Counted from the stretch's first letter, positions 10,604 to 18,850 are shown. The stretch is 61,687 nucleotides of DNA from a virus (IMGVR_UViG_3300047476_001269:1-61687), one strand, 5' to 3'. Made by a program: numbers and translations. The notes: generated from the sequence alone by a model not told the origin.

Positions 10604-12199
10604 ATGAGTTACCTAGTACATAGATTAACATCCTCTGGTGATCTTGTTGTTTATGAAGGCAGCTTAGACGAAGTGTCTTCATCTAACATTAAAGTCAGTA
10701 GCACAGCCACAACATCAGCAGAGTTTGATGAAGTTAGCTTAGGTGGTGTAGTAAACGGTATAGTCAAAAAAGAATATGCTAATGGAAATTTATCCATAGC
10801 AGGAGCATTCAACGAAGTTGAGTATGAATCCGAGGAATTTTATACTGTACCAGGTGTGTATACCTGGACTTGTCCTTCTGGTATTTCGTCTGTAAGTGTG
10901 ATCTGCGTTGGTGCCGGAGGTGCCGGTGCAGCCCCGGGTGCGGGCGGTGCTGGTGGCGGGTTACGATACATAAATGATCTTGTAGTCACACCAGGTGCCA
11001 CTTATACTGTGATTGTTGGTGCAGGCGGAACTGCGGGTAACGGCAGTTCACCTGGTGGGTACAGTGCATTTGGATCCAATATTGTGTTTGCCAATGGAGG
11101 AGAATCTCTTGCAGCAGGATCATTACTAACTCCGTTGGGCGGCACCGGGAGTACTATAAGTGGTAACATAGGTGGCGGCAACGGCGGTGCTGGTGGTCCT
11201 TACCGTGGAACTCAGGGCGGGGGTGGCGGTGGTGGTGGCGCCGGCGGGTATGGAGGTAACGGTGGCGATGGTGGTGCCGGCGGAACATTTTCTCCACTCA
11301 CAAACGGAACACCAGGACAATCTAGTATTCTTGGAGGTGCCGGCGGTAGCGGCGGTAGCGGAGAGACTGTTGGAAATCCAACTGGACGTGGCGGCGGCGC
11401 CGGTGGCGGTGTGAGTTTGTTTGGCATACCAGGTCTAACAGCCACTGGAGGAGTAGCAGACATCAATGGTAATGGTAGTGGCGGTCTAGGCGGATATGGA
11501 GGTATCAACGGAGCGAACTATACTGGATCACAGACTGCCATAGGCGGGTTGTATGGTGGTGGCGGAGGTGGTGGTGCCATAGCAAATCATGGCGCAGCCG
11601 GCGCAAATGGTGCAGTAAGAATTATTTGGAGTTTAAGACAATTAAACAGACAATACCCAACACTTAATACCAAAACCATCACAGCCAATGAACCTATTGG
11701 ATTATCTACAATAGCAGGTGCATCAGGCAGTTATTCTACTCTTTGGAGAACTTCTCTAAGACACCGCGTGTCATTAGAATTTGCCAGTGTGACAGACATT
11801 AGAAATTTTTTCAAACTAGGAGGCAGCGTTATTACAAGTGTTGGTGCAATAGGTTCGCCGGCAAATAGTAAAACTAGTGATTGGTATAATTTTCTTAGAA
11901 CGTCAGGAACAGCATCTTATACAGCAAGTAGTTTTCGTAGAGGTGGTAATGTGGTAGTAAGATCTAAAACTTTTGTCAGTGGGTCTTACAGTGACAACTA
12001 TATTCAAGTGTGGGGCGAACTGGTTAATGATACTACTGTGATTATAACAACAATTTTTGATGATGCTTCTATAGATCCTTTATATGACGATTTTGTAAGC
12101 GGTATCAGTGTTTCCAGTGCGGTGAATTACAGTAGACCAGCAAGCGGAATAACCGGTCCAGCTCCAACTGTTAGTACAATTTATGGTTTAGCACCCTAA
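10604..12199 (+). CDS. Glycine-rich domain virion protein
   Basis: PGVYTWTCPSGISSVSVICVGAGG and GAVRIIW motifs; poly-Gly tracts. Confidence 0.65.
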   Translation: MSYLVHRLTSSGDLVVYEGSLDEVSSSNIKVSSTATTSAEFDEVSLGGVVNGIVKKEYANGNLSIAGAFNEVEYESEEFYTVPGVYTWTCPSGISSVSVICVGAGGAGAAPGAGGAGGGLRYINDLVVTPGATYTVIVGAGGTAGNGSSPGGYSAFGSNIVFANGGESLAAGSLLTPLGGTGSTISGNIGGGNGGAGGPYRGTQGGGGGGGGAGGYGGNGGDGGAGGTFSPLTNGTPGQSSILGGAGGSGGSGETVGNPTGRGGGAGGGVSLFGIPGLTATGGVADINGNGSGGLGGYGGINGANYTGSQTAIGGLYGGGGGGGAIANHGAAGANGAVRIIWSLRQLNRQYPTLNTKTITANEPIGLSTIAGASGSYSTLWRTSLRHRVSLEFASVTDIRNFFKLGGSVITSVGAIGSPANSKTSDWYNFLRTSGTASYTASSFRRGGNVVVRSKTFVSGSYSDNYIQVWGELVNDTTVIITTIFDDASIDPLYDDFVSGISVSSAVNYSRPASGITGPAPTVSTIYGLAP

Positions 12200-12238
12200 A
12201 TGCAAGTTGTTTATTTTTTTTTTTGAATAAGTAATATT

Positions 12239-14164
12239 ATGGCAAAATTATTATCTGGTACTAGAATTTATGGTAACGTGCAAATTGACACTAATGCAAT
12301 TGTGCTAGGGTCAAATGTCAGCACATCTACCACCACAGGCGCACTGGTAGTCACAGGCGGGATAGGCACTAGCGGAAATCTAAATGTTGGCGGAGTACTA
12401 AGATCCAGCAACACTAATGTGAGCACCAGTTCAACCACAGGTGCATTGATAGTGGCAGGCGGAGTGGGCATAGCTGGCAACTTGTTTGCAGCAGGCAATG
12501 TAATACTTGGCACAGGAACCACAAGTAACGTGGTGATTGATGCCACCACAAGTTCATCTAGTACTACCACAGGTGCACTTGTAGTAAAAGGTGGTGTGGG
12601 AGTAGCCGGTACATTGACACTACAAAATGTTGGTGATGTGTCAGCAAACATCGGAAGTCTAACTGTGGCTGTAGGTGGTGGCACAGGATTAAGCGGCAAT
12701 TTGGGCGCTTTTCAAACCTATGCTAATAGTAAAATTGGTACTAACACAAACAGTAATTTGGTAGTGGTATCTAGTACAGCAAGTACAAACAGCACCACAG
12801 GTGCACTAGTAGTCACAGGTGGAGTAGGGGTTGGAGGCGCACTACAAGTTGGCGGTAACATAGTAGCTGCTTCATCAACACAAAGTTTTGATACCACACA
12901 GGGTGCTTTGGTAGCAATAGGAGGCGCGGGGATTGGTGGTCGGTTAACTGTTGGGGGAGTTAGCACATTCTCAAGCAACACCGCTAGCGTAAATTCAGGT
13001 ACAGGTACAATTGTAGTGTCGGCTCAAGGTGGAGTAGGCATTGGCGGACGTTTAAATGTAAGTGGTAATGTTTATTTTAACAGTGGAACAGAGAGCACTA
13101 ATTCTGGTGTGGGCGCACTAACTGTATTTGGTGGTACAGGAATTGCTGGACGTTTAAATGTAAGTGGTAATGTTTTATTCAGCAGCGGAACAGAGAGCAC
13201 TAATACTAGTGTGGGCGCACTGGTGGTTGTGGGTGGCGTAGGTGTAACTAATCGTTTAAATGTAGGCGGAAATGTAGTTGTGTCTTCAAGCACTTCAAGT
13301 ATAAACACAACCACTGGTTCAATTGTCACATTTGGCGGAATTGGTGCAGCCGGCGCAATTATTGCTGGCGGAAACATAGTGGCATCAGCTGCCACATTAA
13401 GCACAAACACAACAACAGGAGCACTGGTAGTAACAGGTGGAACAGGCATTGCCGGCCGATTGAATGTTGGCGGCGACGTAGCTTTTAATAGTACTACACC
13501 AAGTACAAGTTCTATTTCAGGGGCTCTAGTAGTAACAGGTGGAGTAGGTATTACCAGTCAGTTGAATGTGGCTGGTATTGTAAGCGTGTCTAATACTACT
13601 GCAAGCTCTAGTTCAACAACCGGAGCTCTAATAGTAACAGGTGGTATTGGCATTGGCGGTAATCTTCATGCTGTTGGCAATGTGATACTTGGAACAGGCA
13701 CTAACAGTAACCTTGTGGCGAATGCAACCACGGTGTCTACCAACAGTACCACAGGCGCACTGGTAGTAAGAGGTGGTGTAGGCATAGCCGGCGATGTAAA
13801 CAGCGCAGGTGCTATACGAGTAACCGCTAACACAGCCAGCATAGGATATGCCACAGGATCTGGAGGAGCAGTCACGCAACTCACAAGTAGAACCACAGGA
13901 GTGACTATAAACACTCCAACTGGCGCGATCACCTTGGTTTCTGCAAATGGAACACCCACATGGCAATCGTTTACAGTAACCAACAGCACAGTTGCAGCCA
14001 CAGACGTTGTAATAGTTAATCAAAGATCTGGCACAGATCTTTACATGATTAATGTAACCGCAGTAGCGGCGGGCAGTTTCCGTGTTAGTTTTGCGACCAC
14101 TGGTGGGACCACAGTAGAATCTCCAATTTTAAACTTTGCAGTGATCAAAGCAGTAGCAGCTTAA
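12239..14164 (+). CDS. Repeat-rich tail-fibre/spike protein
   Basis: About 13 STTTGALVVxGGxGIxGxLNVxG repeats; TAAGTA 5 nt upstream of the ATG. Confidence 0.7.
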   Translation: MAKLLSGTRIYGNVQIDTNAIVLGSNVSTSTTTGALVVTGGIGTSGNLNVGGVLRSSNTNVSTSSTTGALIVAGGVGIAGNLFAAGNVILGTGTTSNVVIDATTSSSSTTTGALVVKGGVGVAGTLTLQNVGDVSANIGSLTVAVGGGTGLSGNLGAFQTYANSKIGTNTNSNLVVVSSTASTNSTTGALVVTGGVGVGGALQVGGNIVAASSTQSFDTTQGALVAIGGAGIGGRLTVGGVSTFSSNTASVNSGTGTIVVSAQGGVGIGGRLNVSGNVYFNSGTESTNSGVGALTVFGGTGIAGRLNVSGNVLFSSGTESTNTSVGALVVVGGVGVTNRLNVGGNVVVSSSTSSINTTTGSIVTFGGIGAAGAIIAGGNIVASAATLSTNTTTGALVVTGGTGIAGRLNVGGDVAFNSTTPSTSSISGALVVTGGVGITSQLNVAGIVSVSNTTASSSSTTGALIVTGGIGIGGNLHAVGNVILGTGTNSNLVANATTVSTNSTTGALVVRGGVGIAGDVNSAGAIRVTANTASIGYATGSGGAVTQLTSRTTGVTINTPTGAITLVSANGTPTWQSFTVTNSTVAATDVVIVNQRSGTDLYMINVTAVAAGSFRVSFATTGGTTVESPILNFAVIKAVAA

Positions 14165-14178
14165 CAAAACTGTAACGG

Positions 14179-14207
14179 TTGACCTTTTTTGGATTTCGTT
14201 ATATAAT
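14179..14207 (+). promoter_or_regulatory. Sigma70-type early promoter
   Basis: TTGACC-17 nt-TATAAT, preceded by CGG. Confidence 0.75.
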
Positions 14208-14239
14208 CCTTGTAGCTTTTATCTAGCACAAGGATCATT

Positions 14240-14653
14240 ATGGAATACGCTGTGAAATCTCGTAGCAAAAAATACAAGATGCTGATAGAAGCAATCTTGC
14301 CCTCTATTATTAAACAGTTAAAATTAACAAAAAGTAAACGATTTGTGCTAGTGGAGATTGGACACAGTGCAGGCGAAGGCAACGATGGTTGCACAGTGCC
14401 TTTGCCTGGTATAGACAGCTATGTGGTCACTATCAAGCCGGGACGATTGCATGAAATGGGCATCACACTTGCACATGAAATGGTGCATGTGAAACAGTTG
14501 GCCCGGGGAGTGTTAAAAACCAAAAACGGTACCAAGTATTGGAAAGGCAAACGCTACCCAAAGAACACCAAGTATTTGAACACACCTTGGGAGCTAGAAG
14601 CATTCGCCAAACAAGAAATATTATTTAGACGAGCAGTAGAAAGGTTATCATAA
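14240..14653 (+). CDS. HEXXH metallopeptidase-like protein
   Basis: TLAHEMVHVKQ and PWELEA. Confidence 0.7.
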   Translation: MEYAVKSRSKKYKMLIEAILPSIIKQLKLTKSKRFVLVEIGHSAGEGNDGCTVPLPGIDSYVVTIKPGRLHEMGITLAHEMVHVKQLARGVLKTKNGTKYWKGKRYPKNTKYLNTPWELEAFAKQEILFRRAVERLS

Positions 14654-15249
14654 TGCCAGCAGTATTTTTAGTAAGTGACACACACTTTGGACACTTGGGG
14701 GTGTGCCGATTCATGCGCAACGATGGTGTGACCAAGTTGCGTCCTTGGGACACCCCTGAGGAAATGGACGAAGAAATGATTCGCCGTTGGAACGAGCGAG
14801 TGCGTCCGAATGACAAGGTGTACCACTTAGGCGATGTTGTGATCAACAGAAAGGCCTTGCCCACCTTGGCACGTCTAAACGGTGACAAAGTGCTGATACG
14901 TGGTAACCACGATATCTTCCGTGATGACGAATATAGAAAGTACTTTCGTGAACTACGTGCATACCATGTAATGAACGGAATGATACTGAGCCATATTCCT
15001 ATTCATTCGGACAGCCTAGGTCGTTTTGGTACTAACATACATGGGCATCTACATGCTAATCGTGTAATGCTTTATAATGAAAATCGTAGTCAGTATGGGC
15101 TTGAAAATGCATATATTGATACTCGTTATCACTGTGTGTGCGTGGAGCAAACGGATTTTGCACCTATCTTGTTTGAGGACGTTATCAAGCGTATTCAAGC
15201 AGAAGGTGGTACAGTTGGCTTTCAAAACGGCAACGGTCCTGCTATGTAA
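14653..15249 (+). CDS. Calcineurin-like metallophosphoesterase
   Basis: SDTHFGH, HLGD, GNHD, SHIP and HGHLH motifs. Confidence 0.85.
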   Translation: MPAVFLVSDTHFGHLGVCRFMRNDGVTKLRPWDTPEEMDEEMIRRWNERVRPNDKVYHLGDVVINRKALPTLARLNGDKVLIRGNHDIFRDDEYRKYFRELRAYHVMNGMILSHIPIHSDSLGRFGTNIHGHLHANRVMLYNENRSQYGLENAYIDTRYHCVCVEQTDFAPILFEDVIKRIQAEGGTVGFQNGNGPAM

Positions 15250-15252
15250 CGG

Positions 15253-15281
15253 TTGACAAACCCGTTGTCGTTAACTAAAAT
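15253..15281 (+). promoter_or_regulatory. Sigma70-type promoter
   Basis: TTGACA-17 nt-TAAAAT, preceded by CGG. Confidence 0.7.
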
Positions 15282-15306
15282 ATGTCAATTAACCAAGGAG
15301 TCTAAC

Positions 15307-15981
15307 ATGAGCTTCACTATTTCCGAATCCAATGCAGTAGGCAGCGGAGTTCAGAGTTTTTTTCGCGATGTGTTCATGCGCATGACCGTTGCTCTGCTGA
15401 TTAGTGCAGGTGCTGCTGCAATTGGTAGCACCATGCCGTTTTTGTACACCGGAGGCATTTTAACCTGGCTGATTATTTTGAGCCCATTAGCGTTTGTGTT
15501 TGCGATGAGTTTAGGTGCGGAACGATTCAGCACCAACACTATTATCCTATTGTTCCTGGGGTTTGCAGTTTCGGAAGGACTGAGCCTGGGCAGTATCTTT
15601 TTAGTGTACACAGGCGCAAGTATTATCACAGCGTTTTTAATTGCCGCGGTAGTGTTTGCTACATTTGCAATTCTAGGATTTACAACCAAACGAGATTTAA
15701 CCAGCATGGGAACCTTCTTGTTTGTGGGCTTGATTGGTATTATTGTTGCTAGTGTGATTAACATCTGGCTTGCATTACCAGTATTGGCACAAATCATTAA
15801 CGTGCTAGCAGTTGTAATCTTTGTGGGACTCACAGCATACGATGTACAAAAACTAAAAGAACTGTACTACGATGGACATGATGATGGTAAGATTCGTACT
15901 ATGGGCGCCTTGACATTGTATCTGGATTTTATTAATATATTCATTGCTCTTTTGCAATTGCTAGGTGGCAAAAAAGAGTAA
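15307..15981 (+). CDS. Bax inhibitor-1/YccA family membrane protein
   Basis: About 7 TM segments; TTKRDLT, AYDVQ and ALTLYLDFINIF; start chosen after AAGGAG. Confidence 0.85.
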   Translation: MSFTISESNAVGSGVQSFFRDVFMRMTVALLISAGAAAIGSTMPFLYTGGILTWLIILSPLAFVFAMSLGAERFSTNTIILLFLGFAVSEGLSLGSIFLVYTGASIITAFLIAAVVFATFAILGFTTKRDLTSMGTFLFVGLIGIIVASVINIWLALPVLAQIINVLAVVIFVGLTAYDVQKLKELYYDGHDDGKIRTMGALTLYLDFINIFIALLQLLGGKKE

Positions 15982-15989
15982 ATAACAAT

Positions 15990-16065
15990 CGCAGAGTATG
16001 GAAGTGGTCATCCGTCCGGTCTCATAAGCCGGGAATCGCAGGTTCGAATCCTGCCTCTGCAACCA
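15990..16065 (+). tRNA. tRNA-Met(CAT), initiator-like
   Basis: Cloverleaf, anticodon CAT at 16023-16025, C1:A72 mismatch, encoded CCA. Confidence 0.85.
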
Positions 16066-16080
16066 AACATAAAGGATGAT

Positions 16081-16230
16081 ATGGATAATCAAGAACATGT
16101 GCCTGGCACTTGTGGATGTGGTCGCAGTCCAACTGGTAATTGTATTGGTTGGCATGACCTAAACGAGGATGAATTTAGACAAGCTCTGGCAGAATATGAA
16201 GTGAAAATTTTAGAACAAAAGGACAAATAA
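16081..16230 (+). CDS. 49-aa CDGSH-like putative 2Fe-2S protein (below the ORF-track cutoff)
   Basis: MDNQEHVPGTCGCGRSPTGNCIGWHDL...; AAAGGA upstream; stop overlaps next ATG (TAATG). Confidence 0.7.
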   Translation: MDNQEHVPGTCGCGRSPTGNCIGWHDLNEDEFRQALAEYEVKILEQKDK

Positions 16231-16499
16231 TGCAGGTAACAGCTAGACATATTTTGGTATCAGATTTAAACACCGCCTTGACTATCAAGGCCAAGATTAC
16301 TGAAGGTACTCAGTTTGGTGATTTGGCTAGAGCACACAGTTCGTGTCCTAGCAGAGCACGTGACGGAGATCTTGGTGTATTTGGTCCAGGCATGATGGTA
16401 AAACCATTTGAAGATGCTGCATTTGCTCTCGGCATTGGCGAAGTGAGTGAACCAGTACAAACACAGTTTGGTTGGCATTTGATTCAAAGAACTGGTTGA
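16230..16499 (+). CDS. ppiC: Parvulin-type peptidyl-prolyl isomerase
   Basis: ARHILV, HSSCPS, GDLGVF, MVKPFEDAAF, VQTQFGWHLI. Confidence 0.9.
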   Translation: MQVTARHILVSDLNTALTIKAKITEGTQFGDLARAHSSCPSRARDGDLGVFGPGMMVKPFEDAAFALGIGEVSEPVQTQFGWHLIQRTG

Positions 16500-16532
16500 T
16501 CTTTATAAATATCGTGCTATAATACTGTATTT

Positions 16533-16607
16533 GCTGGCGTAGCACAACGGTAGTGCAACTGATTTGTAATCAGTAGGTTGAGGGTTCGATTCCTTTCGCC
16601 AGCACCA
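16533..16607 (+). tRNA. tRNA-Thr(TGT)
   Basis: Anticodon arm ACTGA-TTTGTAA-TCAGT, TTCGA T-loop, CCA. Confidence 0.9.
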
Positions 16608-16610
16608 GAA

Positions 16611-16810
16611 CCTCGGGGTCCCTACTCGTTAATAATAGGGGGTAAATTGGCTTCACCACAATGCCAGGGCTCATACGATAACAGCCTCAAAGCCCGCTTA
16701 TATGGGTGATAGAAAAATCGTAGGTGGAGTTCACGCTCTAGCCATAAGTAAAAATGTGCGGACAGAGTAACAGCTCAGTCTAGGGCTAGTGAGGACTAGT
16801 AGCTAGACAA
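16611..16810 (+). ncRNA. Unidentified structured RNA between tRNAs
   Basis: No ORF; many helices (CCCTA/TAGGG, TGGC/GCCA, GGGCT/AGCCC, TACGAT/ATCGTA, GTCTAG/CTAGAC enclosing CTAGT-GAGG-ACTAG). Confidence 0.55.
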
Positions 16811-16813
16811 CAT

Positions 16814-16888
16814 GCAGGATTAATTCAGTGGTAGAATGTCTCGTTGCCAACGAGAATGTCATCGGTTCGAATCCGATATCCTGCTCCA
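16814..16888 (+). tRNA. tRNA-Gly(GCC)
   Basis: Anticodon arm TCTCG-TTGCCAA-CGAGA; U73, CCA. Confidence 0.9.
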
Positions 16889-16895
16889 GGTTCGT

Positions 16896-16971
16896 GGGAA
16901 GTTAGCTCAGCTGGGAGAGCGTCTCGTTTACACCGAGAATGTCGGCGGTTCGATCCCGTCACTTCCTACCA
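16896..16971 (+). tRNA. tRNA-Val(TAC)
   Basis: Anticodon arm TCTCG-TTTACAC-CGAGA; CCA. Confidence 0.9.
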
Positions 16972-16994
16972 AACAGTTTTACAATGAGGCACAT

Positions 16995-17240
16995 ATGGAA
17001 AATCAAATTGCAGTGGAAGTAATTCAAGCAGCAAACTTTGTAACAGGCGCACTATTGATCAGTTTGGGTATCATTATTATTATTAGTGCTATTCTGTTGA
17101 TTAATAACATGTTTACTAGATTCTGGCGACCAATCAAAATATTCACTTACATTGCTGCCAAGATAAGTGCAGAAGATGCAGCCGCTATGGAAGCCGCGAA
17201 AGAACAACGCAAGCCAATCCAACCTACATTGATTAAATAG
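16995..17240 (+). CDS. Small membrane protein
   Basis: GAGG RBS then ATG 16995; one long hydrophobic helix; ends in TAG. Confidence 0.6.
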   Translation: MENQIAVEVIQAANFVTGALLISLGIIIIISAILLINNMFTRFWRPIKIFTYIAAKISAEDAAAMEAAKEQRKPIQPTLIK

Positions 17241-17247
17241 TTAAAAT

Positions 17248-17323
17248 GCGGGTAAAGTGTTTATGGTTACACGTCAGTCTTCCAAACTGAAATAGAGGGG
17301 TTCGAATCCCCCTTCCCGCTCCA
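17248..17323 (+). tRNA. tRNA-Gly(TCC)
   Basis: Anticodon arm TCAGT-CTTCCAA-ACTGA; U73, CCA. Confidence 0.9.
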
Positions 17324-17324
17324 T

Positions 17325-17400
17325 GCGTCTGTAGCTAAGTGGAACAGCAGAAGCCTCTAAAACTTCAGAAGCGTGGGTTCGATTCCCACCAGACGCACCA
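17325..17400 (+). tRNA. tRNA with CTA anticodon (putative amber suppressor, Arg-like body)
   Basis: Acceptor GCGTCTG/CAGACGC; arm GAAGC-CTCTAAA-ACTTC with CTA at 17357-17359, U33, A37 and a C31:A39 mismatch; T-arm GTGGG-TTCGATT-CCCAC; A73-CCA. Confidence 0.8.
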
Positions 17401-17540
17401 GATTCTCCGTCGTTCCCGATAGACGAAAACTCATCGGCGAAGTAGGCCAACTGCGTGAAGAAATGGCTCGGGGTTAACAGTGTCCGCAATGATTGTTCGG
17501 CAGGTGGAGTCGTTAGACTCTGATGAAGTTGAGAATAACC
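17401..17540 (+). ncRNA. Unidentified structured RNA abutting the CUA tRNA 3' end
   Basis: Closing stem ATTCTC/GAGAAT; AACTCATCGG/CTGATGAAGTT; hairpins CGTC/GACG, GGCCA/TGGCT, GAGTC-GTTA-GACTC. Confidence 0.5.
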
Positions 17541-17570
17541 AGAGTTATACATTGATTTTAGAGATTAATA

Positions 17571-17759
17571 ATGAACGAACACTTCGCAAAACAAATTGAA
17601 CAAGGTGCCACAGAAATGTTCTTCTATGGCCTAGAACGACCGGATCCGCACACTGTAAGCATTATGAGCCACAAAGGCACACTTGACTCTTTTCCAACCA
17701 ACTTGGAATATATCCGACATTTAAGCGAAGGTATGCCACTATTCAAGGAACCACAATGA
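17571..17759 (+). CDS. Hypothetical protein
   Basis: ORF coupled to the next by ATGA overlap. Confidence 0.55.
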   Translation: MNEHFAKQIEQGATEMFFYGLERPDPHTVSIMSHKGTLDSFPTNLEYIRHLSEGMPLFKEPQ

Positions 17760-17977
17760 ACGAACGAATTCGAGAATGTTGGATCAAGGCTGCTAGAGAA
17801 GATTCTGACCCAGATAATTGGGATACGCAAGAACAATTTATTGAACGATTTGCTGGGTTGATTGTGGCAGAATGCATGGATGTGTTTGGTCAAAATTTAC
17901 CAGAACCAGGCGATGGTAGAATGACCGAAGTAGTTGATAGAATCTGCCGTGTGGCAGAACATTTTGCAGTAGAGTAA
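17756..17977 (+). CDS. Hypothetical phage protein (MNERIRE...ERFAGLIVAEC type)
   Basis: AAGGA RBS and ATGA overlap. Confidence 0.65.
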   Translation: MNERIRECWIKAAREDSDPDNWDTQEQFIERFAGLIVAECMDVFGQNLPEPGDGRMTEVVDRICRVAEHFAVE

Positions 17978-18001
17978 ATATAATTTTAAGGAGAAACAAA
18001 A

Positions 18002-18697
18002 ATGTCATAGATTGAATTAGGTTGTAAAGATGTAGTATTTCATTTCAACAAAAAGCACTTAGAGGACGCAACAGTCCCTATGTGGATCATTAAAACCGGT
18101 GGCAAGACCTATTATGTCGAGCACGTGGAATGCACAGTTCCATGGAGTACCAAAGAAACCCCAGATAACAGCCATACCAAAGGATCTATCAAGGTCAAGA
18201 ATTGTCTGCTGACCATTGGCGAGGACAATGTGGCACATCTGCGAGAACTTACTGTAGATGACAAGTTTAGACTGCATAACCAGAACCAAGGCATCACACG
18301 AGTGATTGTGAAAGAAGGTACAGATGCATGGGACATGCGCAAGTATCTTAGAGATCTAGAAATTAAGCATGGTCCAATCAAGGGCATTGGTGGCGCATGT
18401 TCTAGCACATTCTATATCACAGATATTCTGGAACCCAGCCATTTCACAGCTCTAGGTTTGGCCATGGCAGGAACCACATTCCGTGAACTCATGCCCAATG
18501 AGCATTATTATCGCATATACGATAGTGGAAAGAATGCACCTGATGAACACTTATGGGAAGAAAACTATGAAGAAGATGACGAAAGCGACGAGGAAGAAAC
18601 AGAAAACTATCTACGGGCTTGCCAGCGTGGGGAAGAAGCACTATCGTTTGGTCAAAAGCTCCTTAAACGAATTAGGGATAAGGTACGGTCGTTTTGA
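18002..18697 (+). CDS. Hypothetical 231-aa protein with in-frame TAG at codon 3 (readthrough needed)
   Basis: TAAATA 17975, AAGGAG 17988-17993, then ATG-TCA-TAG-ATT-GAA in frame with ORF 18080-18697. Confidence 0.7.
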
Positions 18698-18836
18698 GAT
18701 AGGCATGTTGGATAGTAGATTATGGGCAGACAAGTATTTCTTTGACGTATACGATCATCCAGCATTGCCGTTTTTGATATTGAAGTTGGCAAATACAGAT
18801 TTTGAACTGCGCTCAAATAGCTTGACAATTTTATGA
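18576..18836 (+). CDS. Hypothetical protein resembling the C-terminal domain of the preceding gene; start uncertain
   Basis: LNELGIRYG...YFFDV...LKLANTDFEL resembles LRDLEIKHG...FYITDI...LAMAGTTFREL. Confidence 0.45.
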   Translation: MTKATRKKQKTIYGLASVGKKHYRLVKSSLNELGIRYGRFEIGMLDSRLWADKYFFDVYDHPALPFLILKLANTDFELRSNSLTIL

Positions 18837-18850
18837 GGTTGTACTATACT
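18822..18850 (+). promoter_or_regulatory. Sigma70-type promoter
   Basis: TTGACA-17 nt-TATACT; overlapped by inverted repeat ATGAGGTT/AACCTCAT. Confidence 0.7.

Noticed and set aside
12214-12224. T11 tract as a phase-variation site
   Set aside because: Intergenic and upstream of the TAAGTA box, so a length change has no evident effect; could be a terminator tail or homopolymer error.
7396-14023. Long minus-strand ORFs opposite the fibre genes (e.g. 8296-9438)
   Set aside because: Antisense shadows of Gly/Ala/Thr/Val-rich repeats, without RBS or independent motifs.
16836-16994. N-terminal extension of ORF 16836-17240, and ORFs 15961-16155 and 17274-17552
   Set aside because: They overlap tRNA genes and are translation artefacts.
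17325-17400. Calling this tRNA-Arg(TCT)
   Set aside because: Symmetric 5-7-5 folding puts CTA at 34-36 with U33. TCT would require C33 and an off-centre loop. Kept only as part of the quadruplet alternative.
17420-17530. Hammerhead ribozyme (GAAA ... CTGATGA)
   Set aside because: Stems I and II and the NUH site cannot be assembled canonically, and CTGATGA is better explained as paired with TCATCGG.
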